Positions 24,301-37,095 of a stretch of DNA of 51,995 bases are shown one piece after another (the first letter of the stretch is position 1; each line of letters begins with the position of its first letter). Below the pieces are notes generated by a model that saw only the letters and a list, made by a program, of their open reading frames with translations, did no database searches and was not told where the DNA came from. This DNA comes from Perkinsus olseni (Eukaryota). Made by a program: the position numbers and the translations under genes. The DNA lies in contig JABANN010000035.1 of assembly GCA_013115125.1 (NCBI GenBank), positions 62,001-113,995 of the forward strand, written 5' to 3'.

Positions 24301-26123
24301 AGCTGACTTTTTGAGGTGGGCTTCTCTTCATCGTAACACCTAGTCTATCGGCTGCCGTTCCCAGGGCACTCAGCGCCAGCGATGTTGATGAAACTGTCGT
24401 CGACGAGCTGATCGTTAATCTGGAGCCTCTGCGGTCACAGGTGGGCAGTAGATACCAGCTGGATGCAGTTGCAAGGCCTATGAAGGTACTTGGTCGAAGC
24501 GATGAAGTTAACGCGGTTGTGACGAAGAACGGTCAGACGCTGTTGGAGAGGTTGGGTGGAGACGACCAACTGGAGACTTTGGCTGATGTCATGTGAGGTT
24601 GCTCGTTAAGGGCCTTCACAAACCAACTTACTCATACGCTCGTAGACCTCACGGTGGAAATGTTGCCGTTAAGGGGTGGATGCGGAGTCGCTCGTGATCT
24701 TCCTTTTATCATCAATGCAACCGATGTCGCGGTTGCCCGTCTGCGCTCAACCGCAGTAGTCGGCGGGCGAAGGAAGAGCCCGAGCGAACGGGACGTCCCA
24801 TCAGCCCCACACGATACACTATCAAACAGTTCCTCAGCATGAATCCATTCTCGCTACAGCGCAGTTATCAAGCTCCCCTACCAGGCTCATCGACGCGGAA
24901 AGGTGCCTTATCAGGAATGAGAAAGTCCTGGAGGACAGCCGCCTCCGCTTCTACTTCGAGAAGAGTCACTTCAAACGGCGGAATATCCGTCGGAAATTAT
25001 ACCAGTTCATGTCTGGAGCGTTCGGCGGGCCACTCCAGTAGGCCTCGGAGCCACTCGGCCTCGCCGTGCTGCTCTGTAGGGCCGTCCTCCGGCTCAGGTA
25101 CGACAACACTCACCTGAAGCCCGCGCATTATGATATGAATATTACTGACTACCATTTTGATGCTTTCCTATCAGTTTGGATGGCCGTGTGTGAGTGTCAT
25201 TCAGCTGCTGTTATTTTCCGCTGCGCTACTCCGCCCGCTCGAACGCTGGTAGCATATTGCAGGTAAGGAACTGGATGTGGATGGTGAAGCCGCTGAGGAC
25301 TCCATTGAAGTGCTTAACGGAGTCCGATCGGCAATCACCGGCGGATGCGTCGTCAGGATGGAGATGTCTCGGAAGAAGGTGAGGCCTGGGAGCGCCTTCC
25401 CAGCGCACTTTGGCTCATCCTCAGGCCCAGCTCGAGAGCCCCGTTCAACTCTTCGAGCGCCTCGGTGGAAGAGAAGGAGTGGTCGAGCTGGCCGACAAGC
25501 TCTTCACGATGGTCACTCGGGACCACCGTAGGCGGCTTCTTTGTATCCCCGGCAATGACGGTTGCATTGTTAAGGCATCGAAATGTTCTTCGAGGGAGCC
25601 AAACTGGAGAGTATGTGGCAGGGGCTCACTTCGTACTTATTGCAAGCCTTCGGTGGTCCGCAAGATTATCAGGGTCGACCTTTGGATGAGGTTCACGAGG
25701 TGAGAGGATTCTTCATGACCGCAGGCTATCTGGCTGAGATTCTAATCAATATCATTTCCTTTTCTTGACATCGTCTAGCCTGCAGTGCGTCATCGACCAT
25801 AATTCGGCTGCGTGCTAACAGTGACTATTCTCTCAGTCGCTGGCCATCAACGACTATCATTTCGATTGCTTCCTTCAACTGCTCCACCGATCACAACGAT
25901 TGCTTGGACAAGATCACGACCTCTGCAACGACACTTTGGTATCGTCGAGGCTTCGGCGGCCTCTTCGCCCTCGCCCTGCCGTCTGATCATTCTCCAGGGT
26001 TTTGCGGTTGATTCACATCTACTGATGTTTCAGGAAGTACTCGAGAACCTCCGCCCTCGGGTTCTCCATGCCCATTATCTGCGATCCGGCACAGCTCATG
26101 CCGATGGCTCTGCGGCGAAGTGA
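18387..26123 (+). CDS. Multidomain globin: N-terminal coiled coil plus 8 tandem group I truncated (2/2) haemoglobin domains, about 35 exons
   Basis: All exons join in frame through GT-AG introns. Eight repeats of the trHbN pattern (L[FY]ER[LV]GG...D-x-R-x-x-x-[FY]-F...[FY]-x4-GGP-x2-Y...H...I-x-D-x-[HQ]-FD). Approximate domain spans: 18838-19783, 19885-21086, 21122-21826, 21929-22760, 22815-23760, 23962-24495, 24530-25344, 25444-26074. Stop TGA at 26121-26123. Confidence 0.92.
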
Positions 26124-26829
26124 CGGCCCAGCGTAGCATGTATTCGGCAATCTACCAGTCTACCAGTGTCGTACATTGCCGATAGTTCCGCGTTGTAACT
26201 AGAGTTCAATGTTATAAAGCTCGAAAGTATTTGGAATTTGCGAAAGCACATCCCTGCTCCATGTAATAGTAAAAGCGCTTGCAAAACAACTTCCAACTGC
26301 CGCGCCGAAGATTGGGAGGAGCTGTCTTGAAAGCCTCTCACAACGCTAGAAGCGCTTCCATACGACGCTGAAGCCTCTGTCGAGATCCTCCGAAGCCTGT
26401 AAACCAGGTGCGAATCCTCGCCCGCACTGAAGAGGTACTCGGTAAAGGACGTTTGGAGCTCTCCGTTCCAAACGTGTCCTATGATAAGCGGGATAACTTG
26501 GGCAGTAACGGAACAGCAGGCCCCTTAATATATTTTGGTTACAATTTCTCGCTTTTTGCGAGTCAGAGCTCGGCGCTATTACAGCGCCGCTGTACACATC
26601 GTGGTGTAATATCGAGGGGCAACAGACCCTCCCCAGTGAGGCTGAAACACAACATGATGTTGTGCAGAGAGGCATGTGCCGAGAGACAGTTCATCTGCTG
26701 GTGTTGTTTATCGAGGCACTCAATAGAGGCTTTATAGCGATAATTGATTATTCAGCAGCTGTTGTAACGAATAGCACTATAAGAGTAATACGTTAATATG
26801 CGGAATAGTAATTGGCCACGAAGATTCAC

Positions 26830-29800
26830 TTAACGACGACAACTAGGAGCACGCATGAAGTAAAGAATATTATACAGCGACGGTGAGGTCAGTCCAGCCG
26901 CTAAGACATTGTCCTTTGCTGAGCAAGTAATAAAGTATCTGAGAAGGAAATGCAAGATCCCACACGAAGGGGCCGGAGCTGCGCAGGGCGTACGAAGTTT
27001 CAATTCCATATCATCAATGGCAGGCAAGAGATCATCCTTCACCTGCAAGAGAGAAAAAGCATTCGAATAGCCGATGAGAGGCCGGCGAAGGCTTACGAGA
27101 CGCAGGAGAGATTCCTGCTGTTTCACGAGCTTGGAGGAGTTCTCATAGGGAGAGGCTGAATCATCGCTTTCGTCCATCTGCAACGAGAAGTCCGAGGGCG
27201 AGCTCAAGCGGCAATGACTCACTAGATCGCTCTTGCCCAATTTAGTATCTTTGTGATGAGAGGAACCTGAGAGAAAACCGGTCGTTGATAGGCTGAGGCT
27301 GATGACCTCTGTGGTTCACCTCGGGAGAACTCTCGATGGTAGGACAGGACACCCGAGGTGTCGACCTTCTCCCGATGCATCCCCAAGTCGCTAACGTCGC
27401 TGATTCCACGCGCACTACGATCTGAATGATCGACCTGTCCGGCCGAGAGGAGCCCGCCGTCACTCACGATGAGCCACGAGATTCCGTCTTGTCTTGAGGG
27501 AAGCTCTGAACTGTTCCGCGTGAAGTCTCGGATGCACACAAAACTAGAGACAGCTGGATGGGCAGGTGCTGCCAATGGTAAACCCGTTACGTATTTCAGC
27601 TTCTCTGTTGCGTCCCTCTGCATCGACATGAGTAAATGCGGGAAGGCACAGAAAGTCTCTAGAAAAACGGGAACGGTACACAATAGACCTCCGCAAGGCG
27701 TGAGCTCACGGAAAAGAGCGGCGGCATCCAAGGCGAACAGCTCCGCATCGCTGTAGGCTCTCACACTAAACTGCCGATGCTCCTGAGAGTACACGGCGGG
27801 ATGGATTGAAGCCGCCGCTGTGGCCGATTCGCCGTCGCTGTGCAGCCCATTCACGGCAAAGCACTCACCTGGCAGAAAAGCTCGACTTCACCAAAGTAGC
27901 TGCCCTCCTTATAGAACCAGAGGGGCGGACGAGGACCATCTGACAGGGGTACGATAATGTACTACATTGCATTGACCGAAGTAGACTGACAACACCACAG
28001 CGGTGGGGTGCCGATGCTCTCACCTCCCTTAGCCTCATCCTGCGCACTATCCGACGGAGCCTCTACACCCACTTGGCCCCTCACGACAAACACAACTTGA
28101 TCAGCGATATCGCCTGACACAAAATCGGAGGCCTGGCCCGCCCATCGCTGAGCTTACCAACTTTCCATATAAGCCCGTTCTTCTCATCTACAGGGCTCTT
28201 CACCACTCGTTGCAGGAGGGGTGCAAGATGACATATCTGCGTCGGCCGAGTCGGCTATGGTCCTGTTACGGTTGATGCCCTACCAAAGCGTTCTTGTTCC
28301 GCGAGTCAGAGAAAATATCAAGGCTTAGATGCCGGCCACCGTGCATCGAGTACGCTAGCTTTGTTCGAACCTGAGTTAACGGGCAGCGACGAAAAGATGA
28401 TCGGACGTGGAACCTTAGACGGCGAACGAAGGAGCTTCGAGCTCTCGCGTGGCATTCCGAATGCCGCATTAGGAGAGTACTGCCGCAAATCCCCGAACGT
28501 CGTTTGTCAGTACTAGCGCCTCGCAAGGTTTTACCGGAAGCCGACGGACTGACGTCCTGCAAAGCCCTAGGGCTTGGCGTCCCTTCCTCGCGCTACCTCC
28601 ATTGGGAATGTTCCCATGATACTCGCAACCTGCTGTGGGTTGAGTGAAGTGTCGGTCTCCGAGTGAGCCAGCATAAGGTCATCTGCCATGCCAACTCATC
28701 TGCAACAACGAATCACCCGCTCACTCAAATCTTTGATCAGCTTGAGGTCGATCTCAGCATTCGAGCAGAACTCCACCAGGTGAGAGAGCCGCTGATTGCG
28801 CAGCTTCCTGTTCTTATCCCGAAGGGCCAGGATGTCTAACAACCACAGATGGAGCCTCGAGAGGGCGGAGGCAGGGGAAGCTCACTGGCGACTCGACTGA
28901 TGATCTGAGCATACACTGCTACTCCCAGGCACATGATGGCCATGGCGAAGACCTGTCAGGACATGCCGTACCCTCGAGAGCAATGGAAACCTTCGTACGT
29001 ATTCCGCTGGGGTGTTGGGTGTGATGTCGCCGTAGCCAACGGTTGTTACGGTAGTCACCACCCAGTAGACGGAGGCCACGTATCTTAGGCACGAAGGGCT
29101 CTACAAGTCCATAGAAAGGGAGAGAGCAGATCAAATTGGGATAGCGCGGAATCGATTCTCTTCTGGACTCACCTGACGCCGAGCGGACGGATGCACTGAT
29201 CGATGAGCTCCTCCGTATCGAGGTACTGTAGGTCATCACAAGTCTCATCCTGAGGGGCCACTCGCAGCAGAATCCGCGAATGCCCAGCACTTGTGTCGTA
29301 CGAACGAGCTCAGCTGTCGCCGCGGCCAGCTCCGCTGTGAGAAGTCCTCCGCCCTAGCAATGAGGTACCTGTGCTTCACGAGATCCTCTAAACTATGATC
29401 GTCAGTCCTTCAATCTCACCATATGCAGGCAATGACGTGTATTGCAGTGGCCAGGAAAACTCCGAAGAGGGCGAACTCAGCCCAGGCCTCACTTAGGAAT
29501 CTGCCAGGGCTGCTTCCACCATGGAGCTGCCAGCTGAGCTGCTTACCGATGAAAGACGCCGCTCAACAGAGCGCGGTGCTGCAGCACTTTGAAAAGTCGA
29601 ATTAGACGGAGAAGACGTAGAAGTCGGATAGCATTGAAGCCTGTGCTGTCCTGAGGTGGAAGGAGGCTGGGTGACGAGGCTCTGGGCGTAGGGCTACCGT
29701 ATCAAAATCTGGCACAGCTGCCGCGATGAGAGGAAGGCAGGCCAGGAGGTCGAATATAAACCAAGTGCAAAGATAATGGTAGAAAATACGGCTGAAAAGA

Positions 29801-31343
29801 AGGAGCACCATATCACGACACGGACGTTCACTTATTACGAAACTATGGAGACCCGAGGGCGAGTGCTAGCATATGATGAGAGATATGCGCTCATGTCCAC
29901 TAAGTAGGTCTCTCGTATTGGGCACCACGAGTGAATATCAGAAACACAATCTGCGTGACAATTTGGTTCGCGTTTTAATGACTTTTTCCTAGAGGGCGCC
30001 AACAGCTCCCACGCTGAGAGTAGCGCAGAGGTCCCGCCTCACTTGCCGCGCTGCTCCAGCATGCCGTCGTCCGACCTCTGATACATGAGGCGGAAGTTGA
30101 GTAGCAGATCCACTACGAATATGATATCAACGAGAATAGTGGTGACCTGTTCATGACTAATGAAGGGGACATCACGAGTCTAGCTCACCTCCCAGAAGGT
30201 CCTCGAGTCCTCCGCTGTGAGGAAGCAGAGACGGAACGTTTCCAGAGTGGCAGTGTACATCTGCCAACGACGCTGTAGGGGCACATGGACTGGGGGACTG
30301 GACTCACTAGAGCGGTGAAGATGAGAGGGATCCATATCCGAATATACCACTTCTTCTCTGGTGACCTGAGCCGATGGCAGCTCCCACTACTGCGAGGGCC
30401 TATCAGTACAGGATGGGCAGCCAAGGCATGCAGTCGTTGTTGGGGTTAAGGCATCCGTTCATGGACCGGCAACAGCCTCGAGCAGACGATCGGCGGTGGG
30501 GCGACTCCCCTGTGGAGGCCGAGGAGATCCTGTTCTCATCCGAGCCGGGCCTGAGCGACCAAGCGTGAGAGGGACTCGGAGCAGCAGAGAGTGGACAGCA
30601 ATGGAACAACGGGGACATCCACAGCTGACTCTCTTGCTCTTGCATTGTGCCTCCATTGAGAGAACGAAGACCCACGTAGTAGCTATGTCATCCTCGTCAT
30701 CACGTAGTGATGGCTCTATCAAGAAGCGCTCGACAGTACGAGGGCTGAGGGAGATATACCGAGTACAGAGTCGGAAGAATCAGAGTATTCCCTCACTCGA
30801 TTTTCCGCTTCCGACGCCGACGGTTCTTCATCGCGACTTTCGCCTGTTTGACGGTCCGATTCACATCGGAGGATCGCCTTGTCTACAACATCAACTTGTA
30901 CAGCTCACTCAGGCCAATTGATCCAGCGTGGCGAATCCCTCCCTACCTCAGCCACAGGTTGCGGCACAGCGTCCGCATTTGCTTCGCTGGGGGCCGCGGT
31001 TACTAGGTTATCGAAGAACCTTGTGTGAGCTCTAGTCGTCCCATTAGCCGAGCACATTGATGCAGGGGGAGAGATGAGCTCGAGGTCACGCCGGGACAGG
31101 CGGTCGACGGAGACTGAGAAAGCAGGTGCATCGTCTGAGTTGACTTGGAGGGCGGGAAAATTCCGAAGGAGCCGTCACGAATCTAAAATTCTTACATTGA
31201 TTCCGTAGGTCGTGGACATCGTCGATATCAACGGCAGCCTCGGACAGGAGCCTTCTTTGGGGATGTTGTTGGGGATGCTCCCGACTGCTGTCCAGATTGT
31301 CGTGCACGAAGGAAACAGGGGAGACGTCCACATCGGCGGTCAT
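26830..31343 (-). CDS. 6-TM voltage-gated K+ channel with C-linker and cyclic-nucleotide-binding-like domain (KCNH/CNG/Shaker-type); 3' end approximate
   Basis: S2 VDIIFVVDLLLNFR, S3 YLCTWFIFDLLACLP, S4 IRLLRLLRLIRLFK, S5 HVIACIWY, pore YVASVYWVVTTVTTVGYGDITP, S6 FAMAIMCLGVAVYA, CNBD-like DIADQVVFVVRG and HRQFSVRAYSDAELFALD. Confidence 0.88.
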
Positions 31344-31569
31344 GACGGCTGCTTCAAACACAATATATATTGAAAATCGAAAATCAAGTCTGCCGGAAAA
31401 TCGTAGACTTCGCTCGCTTGGCAGAAATTCGAGAGAACCATGACTCCCCCGAACTCAAATACTTTAGGGACCGGTTTTCCTGCAGAAACTCAGCGCTGAA
31501 TTCACACCGGAAAGAAATTCTTTCCCCCATATTTCTTAAAGAAATAATACTTCTTACAAAGAATCATGC

Positions 31570-32721
31570 ATGAAGATACGAGAAGCCAACAAGCTGTTCG
31601 CAACAACTCTACGCTCTGCGGTGGGCGATGACTGCTTCGACGACCCCCACCATGGTTTCGTCGCCCGGTACCTAAACCGACACAGCACTCGATAGCGACC
31701 ACGCATAAGCGCGAGATCGTTGAAACGAATTTTTGGGTCCCCTTCGCAGAGGTGAGAGTTTTTGGGTCCCATAGGAGTTATCCACAGTCAAACCTAGTGG
31801 CGCATTTTCTTTCACGCTCGTAGGAGGGCCCTCCGCCCCAGGATTACCCAACTCGAGTGGGTTACCAAAGCAGAGCAACTCGACTCGGTAACACCGGAAA
31901 AACACAAGAACATGTCGACTGCTGTCAAGCGTTGCCAAGTTCCACTGTGACACTCTCAGAGCTGACCACAATGTGCTCGTGCACACTCCTAAGTCTCTCA
32001 GCCGTCAGAAGAATATCAGACAATCCTCGACACATCCTCAAATGAGAAGTCCGACCATTTCTTCTGCACGGGTACAATATTCCTCAATACTTCATCGTCA
32101 TCCTACAACCTGCAAACCTCCAAATTTGCTGCTGCTAGCGCCTGCCCGAGTTCGGCGAGCCTCCCTTGAAATCTGTGACGCTTAGTTTGTCCCGGAAGAC
32201 GACCCTCTTCATACGGTTGTTCGTCCCTTCAATGCCGTTGTTGGTTGAAGGGAAGCTTGGGGCGAAACCCTTCGAACCACCCCTTCATCACTTAGAAATA
32301 TCCCCGTGAGACAGAGCCACAGAGTAGTACCGTAGAAAACGGTCTTAGAGAGCGCGAGGCCTCCTCAACTCATATCCGGTGCCGCGAAAATAGCACCACC
32401 AAATTCTGCTCCACCATTTGCAGCGGTTCCGGACGCGCCGCAGGGAATCCCCGCCAGAGATTGGTCGAAGATTCCTTTCTCAAGAAGACGTACCTCGGCC
32501 CTATCCCATCGGGCGCCCGGGCTCACGAGAAATCTCTCACCTCGCCGTCTACCTATCTCGTGCTCCACACTGACCTCCTTCGCCGGACCACCACCAACAA
32601 CGACGGTAGTAATATTAGTTGGGTTTGTAGTAGTCTGAGCGACCGTCGACGACACAGCCTCCCCGACCACTCGCGTAGGCGACACCGGTCGAAGTATGGT
32701 TTGGGTTGGTTTCGTTGGTGA
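31570..32721 (+). CDS. Hypothetical multi-exon protein
   Basis: Exon-like pieces MKIREANKLFATTLRSA|HSIATTHKREIVETNFWVPFAE|DYPTRVGYQSRATRL with GT/AG borders. No family recognised. Confidence 0.3.
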
Positions 32722-35432
32722 TGATGATGCCGTCCCCGACGGCATCCACCTCGACAGTCGGTGGATGCGCATTATTGATGCGAAAGGACATCTCGAAAGT
32801 GATATCAGTACTACGTAGATGCTCGCTACGGCTACGAACTCTCCCAGACCCAGTACGGTGACGCCACTGACTAGCAGCTATTCGTGGGTGGCGAGATTCG
32901 ACTCGAACCATTTTCGAACACTCTAGTCGTTTGACACTTCGTCGACAAACCACGAGCTGTAGAACAGGTTTGCTTTTCTCCGAGTCCCCGGCTGGAACCG
33001 AACCGTCGAGGCAATGCTACTGGCCTGCCAGCCGCAACATAAGAGGCCGAGAAGAGGTTGGTTCAACTTGGCAGATTCCATGCGGGGGAAAACATTCAAA
33101 TGACGTGATTGTCTCAATCTTCCCCAACTGCTCGTGCAGCCTTGATGCACACAAGTTGTCAATTTGTTCGGGTTATAATTTGAAGTCAATTTGAAAGTGA
33201 TGCCAGCCTGTAAGAGAGGCTCAACCAAGGTTGCGAAGCATAGAGTCGCTTCGAACTTCGAAGGATAGGACGGCGAGCAGGTCATCGCTCAGAGTACTAT
33301 CCTCCCCGCGAACATGGTCAGCTGGAAAGTCACTAATTGAGTTCAACGTTCCATGATCTCAGAATCCGGTAAACTACGAGTTATCTGGAATCACGCCCTT
33401 TCCGGTTTTTACACGTCGACCCCTAAATAACCCAGACTTACGTGTAAAGCGATGGTCACTCAACCAGTCACAATGGGACTTCAATTCTACCCAAGGCCAA
33501 TCAACGTTCAGTCGCCCTATTACAACCGTTAGGGTGTCGAACACTGATCACCGACATCACAACTGGGCAAATACAAGGTTACTGACAAAGTTGTTACTGA
33601 CATCACTCAACGAAACACATTCTCGTTTGGCTGCAATTACTTGCCCAACAAGAAATGGTGACACTCCCGCTGTCCAACATGGCATGCTGCACTAAGGCTA
33701 GCTCGCTGAACTACATGCTCAATAGACAGCTTCAGCTCCGCGCTCCTCGCGAACATCATCGTCCTTCAACTGCCGTATCCAATAGTAACTGTCGCGCGCC
33801 TGCGACGCCTGATCAACGGGCAATGTTGCCGAGCGTGAGTCCAGTATCGACCACGTCCACGCCGATGTCGACCAGTAATGCTCAGCACGAAGGATCAGGA
33901 GAACCGATCTCTGCCTTCCCTGTGGAACCTTGAAGCTCTTCTATGTCCTCCTCTTCCTCCTCGTCATCATCGAATACCCGCGAGGTTGAGCCTGCGGTGA
34001 GCATGCCATAGCAGGGGCATCTACAGCAGCCGAACGCATACTTGGTAGTGTTATAAGCGTATCATGTCGATTTGGCGAGTACTCCCATGATCTCGATGAG
34101 TGAGACCTGACTAAAATGTAGGCTGTGTCCCCTAGCCTAGCACTGTCCGAAGGTTTTTCGCCATCACTTAGCCGCATACAATTCATATCAGGAGAGCGGT
34201 TTAATTGTCGCGAGTACCCGCTCAAAGGAAACTCGCCGGTCAAGATTGAACGCGAATTTATCGACTGACATGCTCACCCCTGTACTACCACAAATATCGC
34301 AATAGTGGGGTATCGGGTTCGTCAACGCGAGGCGGCGTTGCAAGGGCCGGCGTTACGGAGAGTCCAAGGCTATCAACCTGACGAAGTAGGTCGGTAGGAG
34401 ACGATCAGCAGTGACCTGAGGGCCGTACGTCATCCCCCTCAGTGCTGTCATCATCATCATCGTTGTTACCGCCCTCCGTGTCTTCTTCGAAAATTGGAGT
34501 CAAACGGAAGACTTCCGAGTCTGGACGGCGGTCAGGCGAGGCGGAGTACTGAGAATACGTTGATTGAGCCGTTAACAAGACCTTCGACATCACCAGCGGT
34601 CTGCACGAAATTCATAAGTCAAAAAGTCCATTTCCATCGGACTCAGAAGAAACGTTCGTTGAAGCGACTTCCCTCGGTGTTTCGGGAAACATTCTTTGGA
34701 CGATCGCCCAGTGCTGTATCCCTGCTCGACAGAAGCTGGTGCTTATTTCTCATGATACGCTACTCGAATTACACATGTCTGCTCGCTGCTGGAGAAGAGA
34801 GGGAGACACCGAGCACTACGGCAGGCGAGAAAACGAGGAAAGTGCTACATGTCAGGGCTCATATCATGAGCTGGGGAGGATAATCATGAAGCATCCTAAC
34901 GCTCCCTCCGGCGTGTCATAACGAAACCAAGCCCGTCTTCCTAGTATTACATAGTCGAAGTTATACTCTGATACGGCAGTCCGATCTGCCTTTTTCCTCC
35001 ACCCTCGTGAAGAGTGTTGCCACCATCCCTGCCACTTGGTTTTAAACCAGGCGTAGATATCCGAGCATAGTAACGTAGGAGAGGCTCGGGATGGACAGCA
35101 GCAAGGGCAGATCGCGGTGACACGAGATCGACCCTAAGGATGCATCAGGAGAGAGGAAGGCGCACACCAACACTACGGTCGGGTTCTCTTCAACATGAGC
35201 TTTTCCTGTACTGTAGCTCCGGCCGATGGTGCGGAGGCTGGGGGGAGAGCTCATCGAGGGAGAGGTACGAATAGGATGGTAGTAACAACGCGCGGGATTG
35301 CGTCGGACAATTTAGCCAATAATCGAAAAATCTTGCGCACTTATGAAATCTTGCATTACCTCAACGCCTCAAACCACTTTCTGACTTTACAGAATCCTCC
35401 CAGGCCTTTTGCAATGGACTCCTTGTCCCACG

Positions 35433-36848
35433 ATGCTGCCTGGTCCCGCCTCCAACCTAAGATTCCCTCAAGATTCCAAGCATGAGGTTGCGGCTCCGAC
35501 CTCTCCTACCAGTACCTGCGATAGCATCACGGCTGAAGGCGGTCCCCTCGACGCGATGATGCTCGACAGCCTGTCCGAACCAGGGACTCCGAAAGACGAG
35601 TTCAACTCCGAGGTAATACCGTCACCCACCGGCAATTTTTGGTGAAAATTTGGTATCAGGTTAGTGAATCAGACCTCTTCAATGATCTCTTAGGCTTGGA
35701 GGAATCCTCTTCGTCTTCATCTCTCGGCCTTCTAGACATTCACGACGACCTGCTGTGTAATATCTTATCATTTTTGCCGGCGGCCTCTATAATTAGTTCA
35801 TCCAAGACGTGCAGGTAATACCAACTTTTCCTGAACTCTCACCGCCTACTGGAAGCCTCACTCAGGTACCTCCGATCATGCGCCAATCGTGATGAGCTGT
35901 GGTACTGGGTCTACCACTATCGGTGGCCCCCCAGGAAGGATCGATATGGCCGGATGGTACTAATCGGGAGAATCACCCCTTCTTAATCGTCCATCCATTT
36001 CATGAAAACGCAGAAATTCGGGAAAAATTTGTTTCCGTCCCGATTCGACGGCTTGAATCGAGTAATGTGATCTCAAGGGAGGCTGCCTGTGACCTCAGCA
36101 CCGTTCTCACTCGGAAAATTTCGCGCATTTTTCAGTACAAAGTGGTGTATCTGTTTAGTCCAACTTACGGTATAAGCCCTTCGTGCGGTGTTGGAAGCAA
36201 GAACTGCAGCTCCGGGCTGAGTCTGAGGCCTCTGGCGTAGACAAGGCGGAGGTTGTCCACAAGAGTTGGGGAGATCTGGATGCTGCAGTGGCTCTAGGTG
36301 GCCGCAGAGTAATATCCCTCACTAGACAAATAGTGTCATGGATCAGCTCCAGGATCCTCGCGGCGCACTTCCGGCGAGCACTTCTGAGCCTTCGGCGCCA
36401 TCGTCTTTGCGTTCTCCGTTTTCTGCTTCTCGAGCGGCCCAGTTGGATCGAGAGCGGCGGATACACCGTGAAGCACGAGACGAGTGGATGCTGTGGCGCG
36501 TCGTCTATCGAGACACAGAGGACCATCCCGATCCGAAGGACTTTCCCAGCCATACTTGCGATAACACGAGGTGAGCTAGGATGCACGTTTTTTAGGATTG
36601 TGAAGCTTGTTAAGTAGATGCACACTATGGCGGTCTCGGAGGTTCCGGGATGCCTTCGTCTGTGATGAGACGGGTTACGTTCATGAGTGCAATGGTCGGA
36701 CGATGGAGGACTCGGCCTGTGATAGTGCGATGTGGGACCGGGAGAATCAATGCTGGGTGTGCCCGATAAGTATGAGGATATTCAGGTAGTAACACTGGGG
36801 CGTCAGCCTAGTTTGTGTAGGTCATTCCGCGACTTGTTGCATGCTTGA
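35433..36848 (+). CDS. F-box protein with C-terminal Cys/His-rich domain (SKIP31/Herpes UL92-like)
   Basis: F-box LLDIHDDLLCNILSFLPAASIISSSKTCR|YLRSCANRDELW. C-terminal HTCDNTR|CTLWRSRRFRDAFVCDETGYVHECNGRTMEDSACDSAMWDRENQCWVCPISMRIFR|SFRDLLHA*. Confidence 0.8.
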
Positions 36849-37095
36849 AGAGCGAGTAGTTAACTCGACCGCATTTTATTCAAGCTCACTGAGTATGATG
36901 CCGTTTTCGAATTATTGATGATATTATCAACTACTCATATCACCTTAGTTTGACGTTACGTTCATGAGACCAGGAAGATTGAAGATTCATGGGAAGGGGG
37001 GTCAGGAGAATGTTAATTTCCTTGAGAAAGTCAGTATGTAAAAATTTTGGCGAGCGCGAAGTTGTGGTGGATGAGAACTCTCACTGATGTTATAA

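Noticed and set aside
18387-31343. Functional coupling of the octa-globin and the adjacent channel (gas-sensing module)
   Set aside because: The genes are convergent, and adjacency alone is weak evidence in a eukaryote. No cyclase or shared element was seen.
33900-35260. Possible minus-strand gene with acidic low-complexity pieces
   Set aside because: Could not be assembled into a consistent exon chain or assigned to any family.
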